From the NCBI RefSeq assembly GCF_036321535.1, contig NC_087436.1, forward strand, positions 21,950,001 to 22,014,000: a stretch of 64,000 nucleotides of DNA, written 5' to 3'. A program made the position numbers and the translations under genes. Each line of letters starts with the position of its first letter. Within the stretch, counting starts at the first letter, position 1. Positions 1 through 14,200 of this stretch are shown here, one piece after another. Below the pieces are notes generated by a model. The model was not told the DNA's origin and ran no database searches. It worked only from the letters and a program-made list of their open reading frames with translations. The DNA is from Camelus dromedarius. Taxonomy: Eukaryota.

Positions 1-12
1 TCAGGTGCCCTT

Positions 13-59
13 GGGGATCCTGGAACCAGTCCCCCCGTAGATACCAAGGGATGACTGTA
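13..59. mobile_element. Terminus of a TcMar-Tigger (MER2/Tigger3-like) DNA transposon
   Basis: ggaaccagtccccccgtagataccaagggatgactg followed by TA resembles the Tigger/MER2 terminal inverted repeat and TA target site. Confidence 0.65.
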
Positions 60-201
60 TTTGTAGCTACTTTTCAGTTGCCTGCTTTTGTTGTTTTTAG
101 GATCTATAATCTAACTTATTCTGGTGGAGGCTTTTTAGCACAACCTAATTTTCCTGACCAGGCTGAGACTTAAGGAAGCGTGCTCAAGGGATCCTATATA
201 C

Positions 202-411
202 CAGGTTTTCTCAGCCATGCATTATTAACATTTTTTGAGGGGCTGCCTTATACATTGTAAAATGATTAACAGCATCCCTGATCTCTATGCATTAGATGCC
301 AAAAGCAAACCTCCCCCTTCTCTTCCTCCCTAATTGTGACAACCAAGAATGTCTCTGGACTTTATCAAATGTTCCCTGTTTGGCAAAATTGCTATTGGTT
401 GAGAAGTACTG
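202..411 (+). mobile_element. MER20 (hAT-Charlie) relic
   Basis: Diagnostic blocks cagcatccctg..tagatgcc, tgtgacaaccaagaatgtctc and ggttgagaagtactg. Confidence 0.8.
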
Positions 412-499
412 GTTGATAGAGGCAAGAAATTTTATTGAATATTTTACTCATCACACCTATTACCACCACTGTGTTATGGTTGAAGTGCTTTACAGTGGT

Positions 500-1014
500 T
501 GTCAAAGAGCAGTTGCATTGGGTGAAGTTAAACAGGCAAGGAAGACTTTGATAAAGACTAGTGCAACAGGGAAGAGAAATTAAATTCAACTTCATTGAAA
601 CAAAGGGCTGGAAGAGCATTTAAGCACTGTGGTGAGCTGGTAGAAAAGTACTGGAGGACATTCGGGGGCAGGCTGGTCCGTGAGCAGTGTGATGAGGCCG
701 TCTGTGGTTGCTAACTGATGCTATGGAAGTTAGGCTGCTACCCTCTCACAGAGGCTGGGTGAGAGGGGCACTATCATTCTTAATGATTCCATCTTAAAAG
801 GATGGTCCCCAGGTTCTTGGAAAAGACAGTCCTGAGTTGTAAAACTGGCAAGAACCTGGGTGAAGATTTACACATCAAAGAGGCAGAGAAAGAATTTACA
901 GTTACAAGTTTTCTAAAGTAAATCCTCTAAGGAAAAGAGATCAGGAGACTCTCATGAGAAAGAAACCATCTGAAGTTTAGTGAAGCTGAGGAGAATGTTA
1001 AGGCCTCTTGGTCA
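500..1014 (-). mobile_element. ERV solo LTR (ERV1-like)
   Basis: TG...CA termini, about 515 bp, near 4-bp TSD (tggt/gggt). Internally homologous to the fragment at 8335-8480. Confidence 0.7.
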
Positions 1015-2869
1015 GGGTTATGGTAAGCTTTGTATACTTAGCGTAATTCCAGGACATTCCATTATTAAGTCAAAGGCTGGGCTGGGATTTACGCAACCGT
1101 CGCACACTCGCAGTAGAGGATGTCTATGGAAGGGGCTGGTGTTGGTGCCATGGCCTGTTTTTTCACCCTCAGCCTATGCCTACCTCTGTTTCCATGTCTT
1201 CATCTCCACGAGCTGACAACTCATAACCAGAGTTCCATCAGCTCCGAGTTTAAGCTGCCAGGGCTCTCAGCAAATGATGAATATACATTTTCCAAACTGA
1301 GATCCATTTTAAATGGCTGTAAACAAAAGTTAAAAGAACAGGCCAGGTGCTGGCTTCTTTATTTTTCATGCTTGAGGCCTGACAAATTATAGGTGCCTAA
1401 TAGTTGTTTGCTCTGTGCATGGATGACATCTGGGTCTCCCTTTTCATGGTTGTTCAGCTGCGTCAGAATGACGGTGACTCTTCTCTGGGAAGTCCACAGG
1501 AAAGCAGACACAGTGTTCTGCTGTGTGCAGGATGATTTCTGGGTTTATCCTCTAGAGATATTGGGGCACAGCAGATATATCATGGTCCTACATTCTGTGA
1601 CTGATTTCAATTATCAGTTTATTCCACAGCAATTTAATCAGCTAGTACTGAACATTTAGCCTGAGCAAGACACTGTGCCAAGAACTGGGAATAAAAAGAC
1701 AAGTCTCTGTATGCGTCCTGAAGCAGCTCACTATTTCAGAGGGGTCTGACTATACTCATGGCTACAAAACTGTATAATTGATTGGGTGTAAGGCTGTGAA
1801 CATAAAAAAGAAAGATTAATTTATTCGGAGATATTATGGAAGCAGGGTCATGGAAGGTGAGACTAGAATGCTGGGCAGAATTTCGAGAAAACAACGTATG
1901 TGAACAATGTCAGACAATGCAGAGGGGAGAAATAATGTTTCCTTATGTCACCAGTCAGTGAGGGATGGTCACAAAATGGCCTTATTCCTTCTCCCTCCAC
2001 TGCCCTTGAACAGACTTTGTGGGACCTCCCGTCTCTGCCGCTGGGGATTATCTAGAAAGATCCTAGATCTTTCCAGAAAGAATATTAGGGTGGTCTTTGG
2101 ATATTAGAGCTGTCATTTACTGATAGTAAAGCATAGGACAATCACATATCTTAACTTTCACCTCTAATCCCATTTAAGGCATCTATCTTTCCAGCTCAGT
2201 CCTGACGCAAGAGTTCCCCAGACCAACAGTGGTAAAGGAAGTGGGGGGTATTTTCTGCCTTTGCACTTTTCCCCCCATTTTGCTTTTACACACCTTTTCT
2301 CCCAAAGCTCTGAAGTCTAGGGGTCCTCCAAGATTGAGGTGGGACTAAGAAACAAATAAAGGGACACGTTCATTTAAGTCTGGTGCTCTTGTAGTCTGGC
2401 ACAGTGCCCTGTGTCTCACATGCCCAGTAACTAGCTCCTTCTGTAATGGGGTGGTTCCTGAACATAGTCTGGAAGTGGGGAGATGAAACTCCCACCCTCT
2501 TCTCTCCTAACAAGTTTTCTTAAAAGCTCCATTACCGAATCAACCTTGTATAGACTGGTGATAGATGACAAAGAAGATAGGAACATGTTTAGATGTATTT
2601 CAGCAAATCTGTGTAGGAGTGTCTGGCACCTCTATTTAGAATGTGTGAACATTTATCACCTGCTATCCTCGATTTTAGGACCTCAGCCAAGACTCTAAGA
2701 CAGCCGAAACCTCCCATGAGATATCGGGCGACTTTTAAACTCTTAGAATATTTACTCTTTATAGCACATGTGTACACTGATGGCGACAATTGATTAGACA
2801 AACCTGAGGTTTGGAACTAGACATGGCTAGCATTAAAACGAATTTGGACATTCATTTAACTATGAGAAT

Positions 2870-2970
2870 ATTAGTACCTTTGCAAAATGGGGGAGATAGA
2901 ATGTACTTTTCAGTATTACTGCATATAGCACAGTGCCTGGCACGTAATAGGTTATCAAAAAACGTGAGTC
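2870..2970 (+). mobile_element. MIR fragment
   Basis: gcaaaatgggg...agcacagtgcctggcacgtaatagg. Confidence 0.65.
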
Positions 2971-3279
2971 AGCATCTCCCTTGTTTGACCCTAATAGTAA
3001 CTCTGAGTAGGTATCGCAGGAATTGCTTGGGAAACAAATAGAATGTCTGGGTGTAGGAGAGTTGTCGCACTTGGGTGAAAGACCAATTTCAAGAATTTTG
3101 AAGGTCATGTTAAAACGTTTTGACTTTCTCTGCTACCCAATCAAAGCCTAGGATGGAGAATTTAAAATATAGCAACATAATTCCAAGTCATTTATGCTTG
3201 AACGTCAAAACCGTCTTGCTGCCCTCCTCTCCTCCTTTTATCTAACATGGACCTACAACTGGTCCCTTTGCAGTAACTA

Positions 3280-3510
3280 TAATAAGAATGATAATATTAA
3301 TAGTGATATTTATTGAGCATTTAGTATGGATCAGATGCTGTCCTAAGCAGTTTAATTGCATTGTTGCATTTTATTTTCACAACCTTATTTCATAAATAAG
3401 GACATTTTGAATTGGGAAAGTGAACAATGCAATGCAGTGGAAGTCTCCCCTCCAGTCCAGGACGGGGCTGGGACATGAACTCTGCTGTCCAACACCAGAG
3501 CTTGTGGGCC
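3280..3510 (-). mobile_element. MIR
   Basis: atttattgagcattt...ctgtcctaagc...tcacaacc, the reverse MIR core. Confidence 0.6.
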
Positions 3511-3559
3511 CACTGCCTCCCTGTCATTTCCTGAAAATACCCAAAGAAACTTTCCTAGT

Positions 3560-5880
3560 CACAGAGGAAATAGCTTTAAAGTTAACAGAGTGATCACTGT
3601 TTGTAAATTTTAAAAATTATATTCATGAATGTAATTTTGCATATTTGGATAGTTTCCAATTTTTTGATAGTCCTTTTTCTATTCTTTTTTTTTTTTTTTT
3701 TTGATCTGATTTTTTCCTGTTCTCCTCCATCTTCAACACAAATCACCATCCTAACTGCTTCCAGCAGCGTGGCAATTCTTGGTGGCGTCCTAATATTTAT
3801 CCTTCCAACTTTCTGTTTCATATGATACTATGATGGTATAAATATGCTTATATGATTTGCAATCCTTTATATGTTTATTTGTAATCACTTATATTGCAAA
3901 TAATTATATTTTACACATTTTTCTGTACTTTTCTGATTCAACAGTACGGTATGGTGTGGAGGGAAAAAAACCATTTTCTTCTACCCATCTTAGGTTCATT
4001 GCCTGAGTTTCTTTAAATTAGACTGATTGACAAAACAACACATCAACAACAGGAAAACAGTTTATTAACACGTGCCATACACTTCATGCTGGAGAAAATT
4101 CAGTGATTAGTGACTCAAATGGGTTGTGAGAATTTGGACTTAGCATCTTACCAAAGAACAATAGAGACGAACAAGACAAAGAAAAGGACTTTGAGCTTCT
4201 CGGGGTGGCAACTTGAGGGAGGACAAGTATACGGGGATACTAATGGTGGATCAGGCTAGTTAGCAAGGTTTGTGTAGACCTTGCCTCAGTGCCATTTTGT
4301 CTCCAGTAATAAAATTATTATCCCATTCGTGGTATGAGAAGTAGGGAGGGAGAAACCTTCATAAGAGGAGTGTATGCTCTGCTTTCAGACAGATAAAGGG
4401 GAGGCAGGGGGGGAGCTTCTCTTGACCTTCAGCTCTCAATAATCCATAGGCTAAAGTGACATATTTTGCTACCCTTGAATGAAATACTTCCAAGTGAACT
4501 GGTAAACCTCTCAGCCACTCTCTTTAATAACTGAGTAATATTCCATTGTGTAGTATGTCATCATTCATTCAGCCATTCCCCTATTATGGGCATTCACTTA
4601 ACAAGGCTTTGCTTTTGTTTCTGTGTTTATTTTTGGTGAAAAGGAACAGAAGAGCAATAATCATCCCGTACATGAGTGTTAATGAACTGGGGCTTTTAGT
4701 CTCTGGAGCATATTCCCAGGAGTGGGAAAGTAAAAGCATTTATAATTCCAATAGATTTTGCTATACTGCCTTCCAAAAAGGCTGCAACACTTTGCACTCC
4801 CAGAAATACAGTAGAGTGCCTTTTTCTCCCACACCCTTGCCAGTATTTGGTGTTACAGCTTTTTTTTTTTTAATCTTTGGAAGTTCGATGTAAAGTGATA
4901 TTTCATTGTGTTTTATTTCCATTTCCCCAACTATTGATAGATTTAAACATTTTTCCTTTGTGAACTGTCCTTTCATAACCTTTTGCTCATATTTCTATCC
5001 AGCTGTTTGTCTTTTTCCTATTATTTTAATACTTTGAATACATTTGTAGATTATGAATAACTGATCTTTGGCCTCACATTTGCTTGGCATTTGTCTATTG
5101 ACTTATTTGCCTCAGAAAAGGTTTCATATAATCAGATAGATACAATTTGTGGGTTCCAGTCTTGTCTAGGATTTTCTGTCCCTTGACCAAATATTGCTGT
5201 CACTTAACTATTTTTTTTAACAATCAAGTTTATAATTAATCAGGAATTTGGTTTTTGCATATGATATAAAATAGGGGTAAACCATTGCATTTTTAAGATA
5301 GCTAATTGTGCCAGCATACTTATTTAATATTCTATTATTTGTCTGCTAATCACCATTAGCAAGATCCATTTCTAGGCTCACTTTCATTCCATTGATCTGT
5401 GTATTTCTGTACCAGTACATATCAAATATGATAATACATTGACTGTATCACAGTTCTTAAGTACCTCCTCATTGTTCTTCCATTACACAATTTTGCTAGC
5501 TGTTCTTAGACACCTATTCCTCCTGTAATTCCCCAAATATTTTATTCAATCCTATGTAAAGTCCTGTTGAGATTCTACTTGTAATTCCATTGAATGTATG
5601 TGCTAATTTGTGGGAAAATTGTCATTTTTATGCTTTCATGTCTTCCTACCTGAGGACCTTCCTGTTTGGTTCAGATCTTGTTTAATATCTTTCAGTAGAA
5701 TTGTATGTTTTTTTTTCCACGTATCACACGTCTTATGCCATTTTTACTCTCCCAGTATTTTGTGATGCTTGTAACCATTATAAATGGTATACTTTAAAAT
5801 TTTATTTTCAAGTTTATCATTGCTAGAGAAGGTAAAAGCTAAAGGCTATTTTTTGTATATTATTTCAAAGTACCCTTCTG
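3560..5880 (-). mobile_element. Old L1 (L1M/L1ME-type) 3' region, interrupted by an LTR
   Basis: Antisense L1 motifs. ORF 4761-4976 (-) resembles the ORF2 C-terminus (GKGVGEKGTLLYFWECKVLQPFWKAV). Confidence 0.75.
3955..4478 (-). mobile_element. ERV1-type solo LTR (MER4/MER34-like) nested in L1
   Basis: Starts tgtgga and ends cccttga, flanked by atgg/atga. L1 sequence resumes on both sides. Confidence 0.7.
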
Positions 5881-6605
5881 AGCGCCTCCGTTATCTTGGA
5901 CAATGGCCTTCACTTTCTCGGCACTCATAATCATGTGCATAAAACCTAACCATTTCAGCCCAGTCACTTTGCTTTACTTGACTCACCTTCCCTCATCTCA
6001 AAATTTCTGACCTGGTTGTTTGGTTAGAGTATTTTTCCAATTATTTTCTTCATATAGAGGATATTGGTGATTCTCTCTATATTATCACCTGTCCTCAAAT
6101 ACTGTTTTTTCACCCTGATGGGTGACAGATATCGGGGCTGATGAAAGGATTCTAACGTTGACAGGTCTGTCTTTCAGTTAGTTCTAAATTTTATTCCACT
6201 GTCTAATAGCTACCAGGGATTCCTGTGAGGAATCTCACACTGATGTGATTTTCTTTTCTTTTACTTAACTCGTTCTTTGTGGTTTTAAGCTCATGCATTA
6301 TGTTGTCTGTGTTCAGAATTCTGAAATTTTAACTGCATAGGCCTGGGAATATATCTTTTCTTAGCAATGAAGTCTAGAACTGGGTGAGTCATTTCAAATG
6401 TCCATTTAAATGATTCTTCAGCTCAGAAAAATTCTCTTCTACTGTGGCTCAGTTATCACTTTGCCTTTATCTGTTCTTTTTCTTTTTCTAAAGTTTATAT
6501 TATTTGAATATTAGGTCATATCTATCCTCCAAGTCTCTTATCTCTTATCTTTTCCTTTATCTTTTCCTAGTCATTATTTTTTTTGCTCTGAATTTTATAA
6601 TAGGA

Positions 6606-6945
6606 TTTTATTTTATTTCATTTATTTATTTTATTGAAGTACAGTCAGTTACAATGTGTTGATTTCAGGTATACAGCATAATGTCCCAGTCATGCATACA
6701 CACACACACGTATTCATTTTCATATTTTTCATTAAATTTTTGTTAAAGGTTATTACAAGATATTGAATATAGTTCCCTGTGCTATATAGAAGAAAATTGC
6801 TTTTTATCTAATTTTATATATAGTGGTTAACCTTTGCAAATCACAAACTCCCAAGTTTATCCCTTTCTACCCCCTTTCCCCCGGTAACCATAAGATCGTT
6901 TACTATGTCTGTGAGTCTGTTTCTGTTTTGTAGATGAGTTCATTG
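6606..6945 (-). mobile_element. 5'-truncated lineage-specific L1 3' end
   Basis: T-rich tail and L1 3'UTR. TSD TAATAGGA at 6598-6605 and 6946-6953. Same family as 17226-17602. Confidence 0.88.
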
Positions 6946-7334
6946 TAATAGGACTCTTGGATTCTTAACCTTTCAAGCCACAATTTTGGTTCCTAGCAGT
7001 GGTAATCCACAACTGCATTTCATTTAATGAAATCTTTAGTTTGGAAATCAAGTTTATTAACTCTGTGTGTGTGTGTCTGCATGTGCACATGTGTGTCTGA
7101 GCTGAAGCATATTTTATTCAAATATCCATTTATCTTTTCCAGAAGTACTATTTTTCTGTCCAGGTTTTCTGATTGCTCTAATTTTCCTTTTATCTCTTGC
7201 TGCTAGTTTCCAAAAACGAGATGTAAGATTACTTTGTTTCATCATCTTGGTTTAGACCTTGTTGTTGGGATATTCTACAGACAGGCAAAGGCATTACAAT
7301 TTCTACATCTGTGGGTCTGTGACACCAGCTGTCA

Positions 7335-8332
7335 GTCCCCACATAGATCTTGCACATATTTTATTAGATTTATACCTAAGTATTTTATTTTTGTGGGTGC
7401 TAATGTAAGTAGCATTGTGATTTTAATTTCAAATTCCACTTGTACGTTGTTGGTATATAGGAAAGCATTTGACTTTTGTAAATTAACCTTCTGTCCTGCA
7501 ACCTTGCTATAATTGTTTATTAGTTCCATGAGTTTTTTGGTCAAATTTTTTTCAGATTTTTTACATAGATGATCATGTTATCCGTGAACAAAAACCATTT
7601 GTGTCTTTTTTTCAGTCTATGTATCTTTTCTTTAAGAAATTTTTTTTGTGTGTGTTAATTGTATTAGCAAGGACTTCCAGTACCATATTGAAAAGGAGTG
7701 AGAAGGGACACCCTTGCCATGCACCTGATCTTAGTGGGAAAGTTTTGCTTTTATTAGCATTAAATATGGTCTTAGTTGTAGGCTTTTTGTACATGTTTTT
7801 TATCAAAATGAGAAAATTCCCCTCTATTCTGATTTTCTGAGAGTTTTGGTCACGAGTGAAAGTTGCATTTTGTCAAATGCTTTTTCTGCATCAATTGATA
7901 TGAATTTTTCTTCTTTAGCCTGTTGATGTGATAGATTTCATGAATTGATTTTTGAATGTTGAGCCAGTCTTGCATACCTGGGATAAATCCCAACTGGTTG
8001 TCTTGTAATTCTTGTTATGCTTTTTGAATTCAATTTGCTAATATTTTGTTGAGGATTTTTGCATCTACTTTCATCAGAGATATTGATCTAGTTTTCTTTT
8101 CTTGTAATGCCTCTGTCGGTTTTTGGTATTAGAATAGAAAGAGTTAGGAAGTATTCCCTCTGCCTGTGTTCTTTAAAGGAGATTGTAGAAAATGGATATA
8201 ATTTCTACATTAAATACTTGGTAGAATTTACCACTGAACCCTTCTGTTTTTTCCTTTCTGTTTGGGAAAGGTTTAAATTATTGATTCAATTTCTGTAATA
8301 GATACAGGCTTATTCAGATGATCTATTTCTTC
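7335..8332 (-). mobile_element. L1 ORF2 (reverse transcriptase region) relic
   Basis: Track ORFs give ELINNYSKVAGQKVNLQKS, IKYLGINL and FPLRSGAWQGCPFSLLFNMVLEVLA, all L1 RT motifs, broken by stops and frameshifts. Confidence 0.92.
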
Positions 8333-8334
8333 TG

Positions 8335-8480
8335 GGTACTATCTTTCTTGATGCTTACATTTCAAAGGGCTGGCTCCAGGATCCTTGAGAAAGACATTTC
8401 TGGGTTGTAAAATTGGCCAGAGGCTAGAAGAAGATTTATATATCAAAGAAGTAGAGAAAGAATTTACAACTGCAAGAATT
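8335..8480 (-). mobile_element. LTR fragment of the same family as 500-1014
   Basis: Aligns by eye to about 770-910 (aaagaca..gttgtaaaa.tggc..gaagattta..atcaaaga.g.agagaaagaatttaca). Confidence 0.75.
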
Positions 8481-11259
8481 TACAATGATTATTGCTCCTT
8501 GAAAAGCCATTCGGTTCTCAAGTGTCTTTGTAATCTTCTGGCCTCAAGGTTAGGAAGATTCAATCTGCCTGATGCACTTTCTCTACTCCATAGTGCAGGA
8601 GACACCAGAGTTTATTAAGTCAACCTTCTCAGGAGTAGTACACATGGTTTTAAGCACTAAGTTTGTCTCCAAAAGTACTGTTTACTGGATCTTGCTCTTG
8701 GGCTTCAGTGGAGTTCCTCAGAATCCTGCCAAGCCCTGTGTTTTGGGGAAGAGAGTGCATGCCTGTTCTCTCATGCTTGGCATCCCTCACTTCTGAGAGT
8801 GCTAGCTGGTGGTTTGATTCAGATTTGACAAAAAACCTTAGAGCTTATTGTGGAGGGGAAGAGAGCTCCTGAGTTTATTTTGCTAATTTCCAAAATCCAG
8901 CCTGCTTCTCAAAGCGAGTAATATTTTCTAAGGCTGCAAAGAGGCACACTGGGGGAAGCCTGAGGCCAGGCAGAGGACTTGACCTTTAGACTTTTATTTG
9001 TGACTTAAATGTCAGTCATCTTATGGGATCAGGGGATTTTGTTCAGATTGTAGGGTCGGAGTAGGAGCAAAGGAGTAAAGGTAGGGGATATATAGATTAC
9101 TCTTTAAAGGCATAACAGGATTTAAATAATTTTTTGATGGTCCATCGGTTTGGTCTTTTTATTGGTTAAAGGGAAGAATACTTGGAGGATTGTTGAATTG
9201 TTAATTGATACCTTTTAGCAATTATGACTCCTTTGGGGTGATGGATGACAACATTCTCAGGATAGCTGATTCCATGGGATGCCTTTCACAGTTTCCTGGT
9301 GAAAGCAATTCCTGTTCCTGTGCAATATGTCTCAGGCAAAAGATGGCTTGTAAATAAAATCACTCAAAGAATTCTACCTAATAAAACTGGAAAAGGTGAA
9401 AAAAAAAATGAAATAAAATAAAATCACTCAAAGAAGCAAAATTATCTTACAACCTGAGTAACATAATGCAGTCTTAGTTTACTTCAGTGTAAGTCTGTCT
9501 GATAACATAGACTATAGATATGTCTACATTTAGATCAACACAATTCAAACCTATTCTAAATTTTATTTTGCATTAATTTAAACCACTGTTTCCTGACTAA
9601 GCCTTCTTTTAAACAAGTGGCAAATGCTAACAGTAGCTCCTTGTGCCCAGGTATTTGGTTATTGTTATTTTGTATGGTTGAGGCCTCTATTAAATACTAT
9701 TTTTCTTTCTCAAAATGCTGGGCTATTGGCTTCCTTATAAGTCCAGTAAACAACCAGAGCTTTTCTCAGTGGTATTAAACTTCAGTTCTAGCTCCCTAGA
9801 TAGGTTGAATGGCTTGTATGGAATAGATTTTTTTTTTTTCTTTATCCTTGGAGATCCAAGGCAGATCACAGGAATAAAGGAAAAGTGCCTGCATTATGCA
9901 GCTACAAAGATGATGATAACCAGTCCTTACAGGGTAAGAAGTCTTTCTGAATAACTTATCAAAATTCCTTGTACATTTTGGAAAATTGCTTTCCTCTCTT
10001 AAAGCCTGAGACTAGATATTTACAAAGACACACAGGTCGCTCTTTCTGTATTTGACAATTCTAACGCATACATTTGTCTTCTAGTAATACATTGTGAAGA
10101 CTATCTTCTCATCTAAACCAGAGCATTTCAAACGAACTCTTCTCTAAATAAGACTTTTTAAAATAGGTGGATTCAGTGTAATGACAGTTGGCTTTCTCAC
10201 AAAATCACAGTCATTTTCAGCTTTTAAAAGTTAAGGTGGTTGTAATTTTCTTAGTTAATTTCTGTGTCACATTGCTTTGTGGGAAGCAAGTTACCCATTA
10301 GAAAAATGATGTGATTGGTAAAGCCTGGTAGATCTGAGTTCCAGTCATACATTGCTTGGGTTAGCATTTTTGGACACTGACTTATTTCTCTGATGAAAAC
10401 ACCCAATAAATGTTAATATAAAGATAAAAAATCAGTTACAAGATAGAAATAAGAGGCTGTATCATGATTTCAAGTCCTTTTAAAGGCTCATAAAAATAGC
10501 TAACGTATGTATACATAATGTGTCCTTTGATTGCAGTTTTGTCTTTACATTTTAAATATCTTTATTATTTTCTGTGCTAGAAAATGTGATCTGTGCCTTA
10601 TTTGGCACAAAACTGCAAGCAGTCATCTACTTCAGCTCATTTTGAAACTTTTTTAATTTTCGTTTTTTCGGCGGGTAGTGAGTGGACATGTATTAGAAGA
10701 GGTTGGCCTTTGCATCCTTCTGTTCAGCAATACACCAAGAATGCTGTAGGCTTCCTGTGCAATGACTGAAGCCAGTGATGATGTACTGGTAGGAGAAGAT
10801 GGGAAATGTCGTTTCAAGATAACGTTGAAAAATTCAATGAAATTAAAAGGAAACCAAGAATTTAGACATGGTTTTTCTTCTGTAAGTATAGCACTGTTTA
10901 TGGATATAATTATTTCCAAATTTGACTCTTTGGTTTATTTATCCTGTGTTTAGCCAATAAGACATTTGCTTAAAATATACTTTAAGTGAGGCAGAGATTA
11001 AACACTATGATACATTTTGTGGATTTAAAGCCAGCTTAAAAGTCCTGGAGCTTATCAGTATCTTCTGTATAAATCTGAGATTTTTATCATTAGCAGATGG
11101 AGCCTTGACTTTCTGTTGTGCTTTTTAAAGGTGTAAACTTCCAGAAGATGGTGTTACAAAATATATTAGATTGGAAATTGGTTTTGCTGAATGTTTACTG
11201 AAAGGAGGGCAAATAGGATTGTGCTGTTGCTGTTAGAGTCTTACCTTTTATCTGAAGTG

Positions 11260-14200
11260 ATCCCACAATACTCAGAAGTAGAGCATGACAAGTTAAGGAT
11301 GTAAACTGCAATATTTAGCACTATCATTAAAAAAATGACACAAAGAGGTATAAAATGAATAAGAGGCCACCAAAGAAGTAAAATAAAATACATGCTGTCT
11401 ACAACAGATGAATTGTTAACATAAAGACACCTATATACATTGCGATGAAAGATGGGAATATATGCAGCACGCAAATAATAACCTGAAATTAAAAAACTGA
11501 TGTAGCTAAATTTAGACTAGACAAAGTAAACTTCAGGACTTGGATTATTACTTGAAAAAGAGAACTATTTCATAATGATAAAGGGTCCGTATGTCAGATA
11601 ACATAACTAGTCTATTATGTATACACCCATAACAGAGTTTAAAGTACATGAAGCACAAATGGCAGAACTAAAGGGAAAATGCAGAAATGCTCAAGCATCC
11701 TTAGTATTTTTAACAACCCCTTCAGTAACTGACAGAGCAAGAAAAGTTAGTAAGTATATTAAAAACTTGAAAACACCATGTATCAAATTGATCTAATTTT
11801 ATTTGTAGAATACCTTTCTCAGCATCTGCAGAGCACACACTTCTCCAGTACTTACCGAGCCCTCGCCAAAACAGACCATGTGCTGAATCAGAAAAGAAGT
11901 TCCAATAGCTTTCAAAAGATCGACATTCTACAGAGTACTTTCTCTGATGACAAGGATTAAATTAGTAAAAAAAAGAAGTTACCTGAAAACTGACCAAATG
12001 TTTGGGAATTAAATAACACAACTTAAGGTACTCATGGGTCAAAGAAGAATTTCCAGGGAAAATTAGAAAATGCTTTAATTTAAATAAAAACAAAACCACA
12101 CACATTAAAATTTGTGAGATGCAGTTGGAGCAGTGTTTGGAAACAAATGAACAGTTTTAAATGTTTATATTAAGAAAGAAGAAACACTTAAAGTCAGTGA
12201 CCTAAGTTTTCACATTAAGAAACTAGAAAAGGGAGAGAAAATTAAAGTCAAGTAAGTCTGAAGAAAGGAAATAATAAACACAAATCAGTGAAATAAAAAA
12301 AGACAAAAAGTTAAAAGGCGATAAGTAGTTTTTTCCAAAGGATTAATCAAGTTGATAAACTCCTAGCAAGACTAATCAAGAAAAGAGGAAGTACGAATTA
12401 CCAATACTGGATTTGAAAGAGAGGCATATATGACATATCCTAAAGATATTAAGAGAAATAAAAGGGGATATAAAAACTGAAACACATAAGCCAATAAATT
12501 CTATGATTTGGATGAAATGAATGTCCTTAAAAATCCCAACTTAACCAAAACTTACATGAGAAAAAATAAAAGATATGAGCAGTCTTGTATCTGGGAAACA
12601 AATTACATTTGTAATTCAGAACTTCCTCATAGAGAAATCTCCAGGCCAGTGTGGCTTCACTGACAAATTCTATCATATATTTAAGGAGGGACAAATTTCA
12701 ATGTGATACAAACTTTCTTAAAATATAAGAGGAATGAGCACTTCACAACCAACTTTATTACATCATGATTCCAAAGTTAGAGACATTAGGAGAAAATACA
12801 TTCCGTTATCCCTCATGAGCAGAGATGGGAAATCCTTAACAAAATATTGGCAAAGCAATTCCATTATATAAAGAAGGATAATTTATCATGAGCATTTGGA
12901 GTTTATCCCAGGAATGCAAGATTGGCTTAACATTCAAGAAGTAATCTTATATTGTACTACATTAGCCGGAGAAAGGAAGAAATTATATTGCCAACTCAAT
13001 GGATACAGAATAAGCATTTGAAAAATTCACTCATTCATGGTAAAATCTCTGCAGAAAACATCATTCTTAATGGTGAAATTCTGAATGCTTTCTAGTTAAG
13101 ATCAGGAATCAGCAAAGTGTCTGATTTTTTTTCAAAATTGGACTGCAGGTCCTAGTCATTATGAAAAGACAAGAGAGGGAGAGATAAAAGTCATAACAAT
13201 TCAAAGGAATAGTTAAAACTGTCATTACTCACAGAGGATATATGTATGTAGGAAATTTTGACAAATCTAAAATGGAACTACTAGAAATAATAAGTAAATT
13301 TAAAAATACCATAGAGTAAAGGCCAGTTTTACAGAAATCTATTTCTATACAGATACAGAAATAATCAGAAAATTCTTTTTTTATTGAAGTAAAGTCAGTT
13401 TACAATTTTGTATCAATTTCTGGTGTACAGCATAATAGAAAATTCATTTTAGATACATTATTTATAAAACCATCCCCTAACTGTAAAATAATCAGAGAGA
13501 TTTAATAAAACTTGTGCAATACTTCTACAATGAAAATTATAAAATTTGCTTAGAGGATTTAAAGAGGGTTTTTAACCCATGTTTATGGATTAAGTAACTC
13601 CATTTTAATAAAATGTCAATTCTCCCAAAATTGATCTATAAATTCAATGTAATTCCAATGAAAATCCCAGCAAATTCTTTAGGGATAGAAATTGACAATT
13701 TAATACTAAAATTATATGGAAACACACAAAACCTAGAATAGACAACATCTTGAAAAAATAATGAAGTTAGGGGATTTATATTTCCTAATTTCAAGAGTTG
13801 CTGCAATGCTGTTGTAATCTAGACAGTGTTGTACTGGCATAAATCAAGACAAATGGTCAATGGGACAAAATAGAGTGTCCAGAAATAGATCTACATGTAA
13901 TGACCAATTGATTTTTATATAGGCACCAAGGCAATCCTTGAGGACATTCTTCGCAATAAATGTTGCTGGAATTGGATGAATCCTTGTAACAAAATGAACA
14001 CCAGCTCTTACTCTCACGAGATGAACTATATTCCAAATTGCAAGCATTAAATATAAACTGTCTAAAAGCAAACAAAATTGACTATTCTCAAGAACTTGTG
14101 CAGGAAATGATCTGTAATACATGGTAAAAAAAAAAAAAAAGAAAAGAAAAGCACAAGCCATAAAAAGAAAAACTGATCCTTGGAATTTATAACTATGTAA

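Noticed and set aside
10679..10887. 63-aa ATG ORF (MTEASDD...) with an internal GTAAGT donor at 10882
   Set aside because: No recognisable homology and no convincing acceptor, so an exon cannot be supported from sequence alone.
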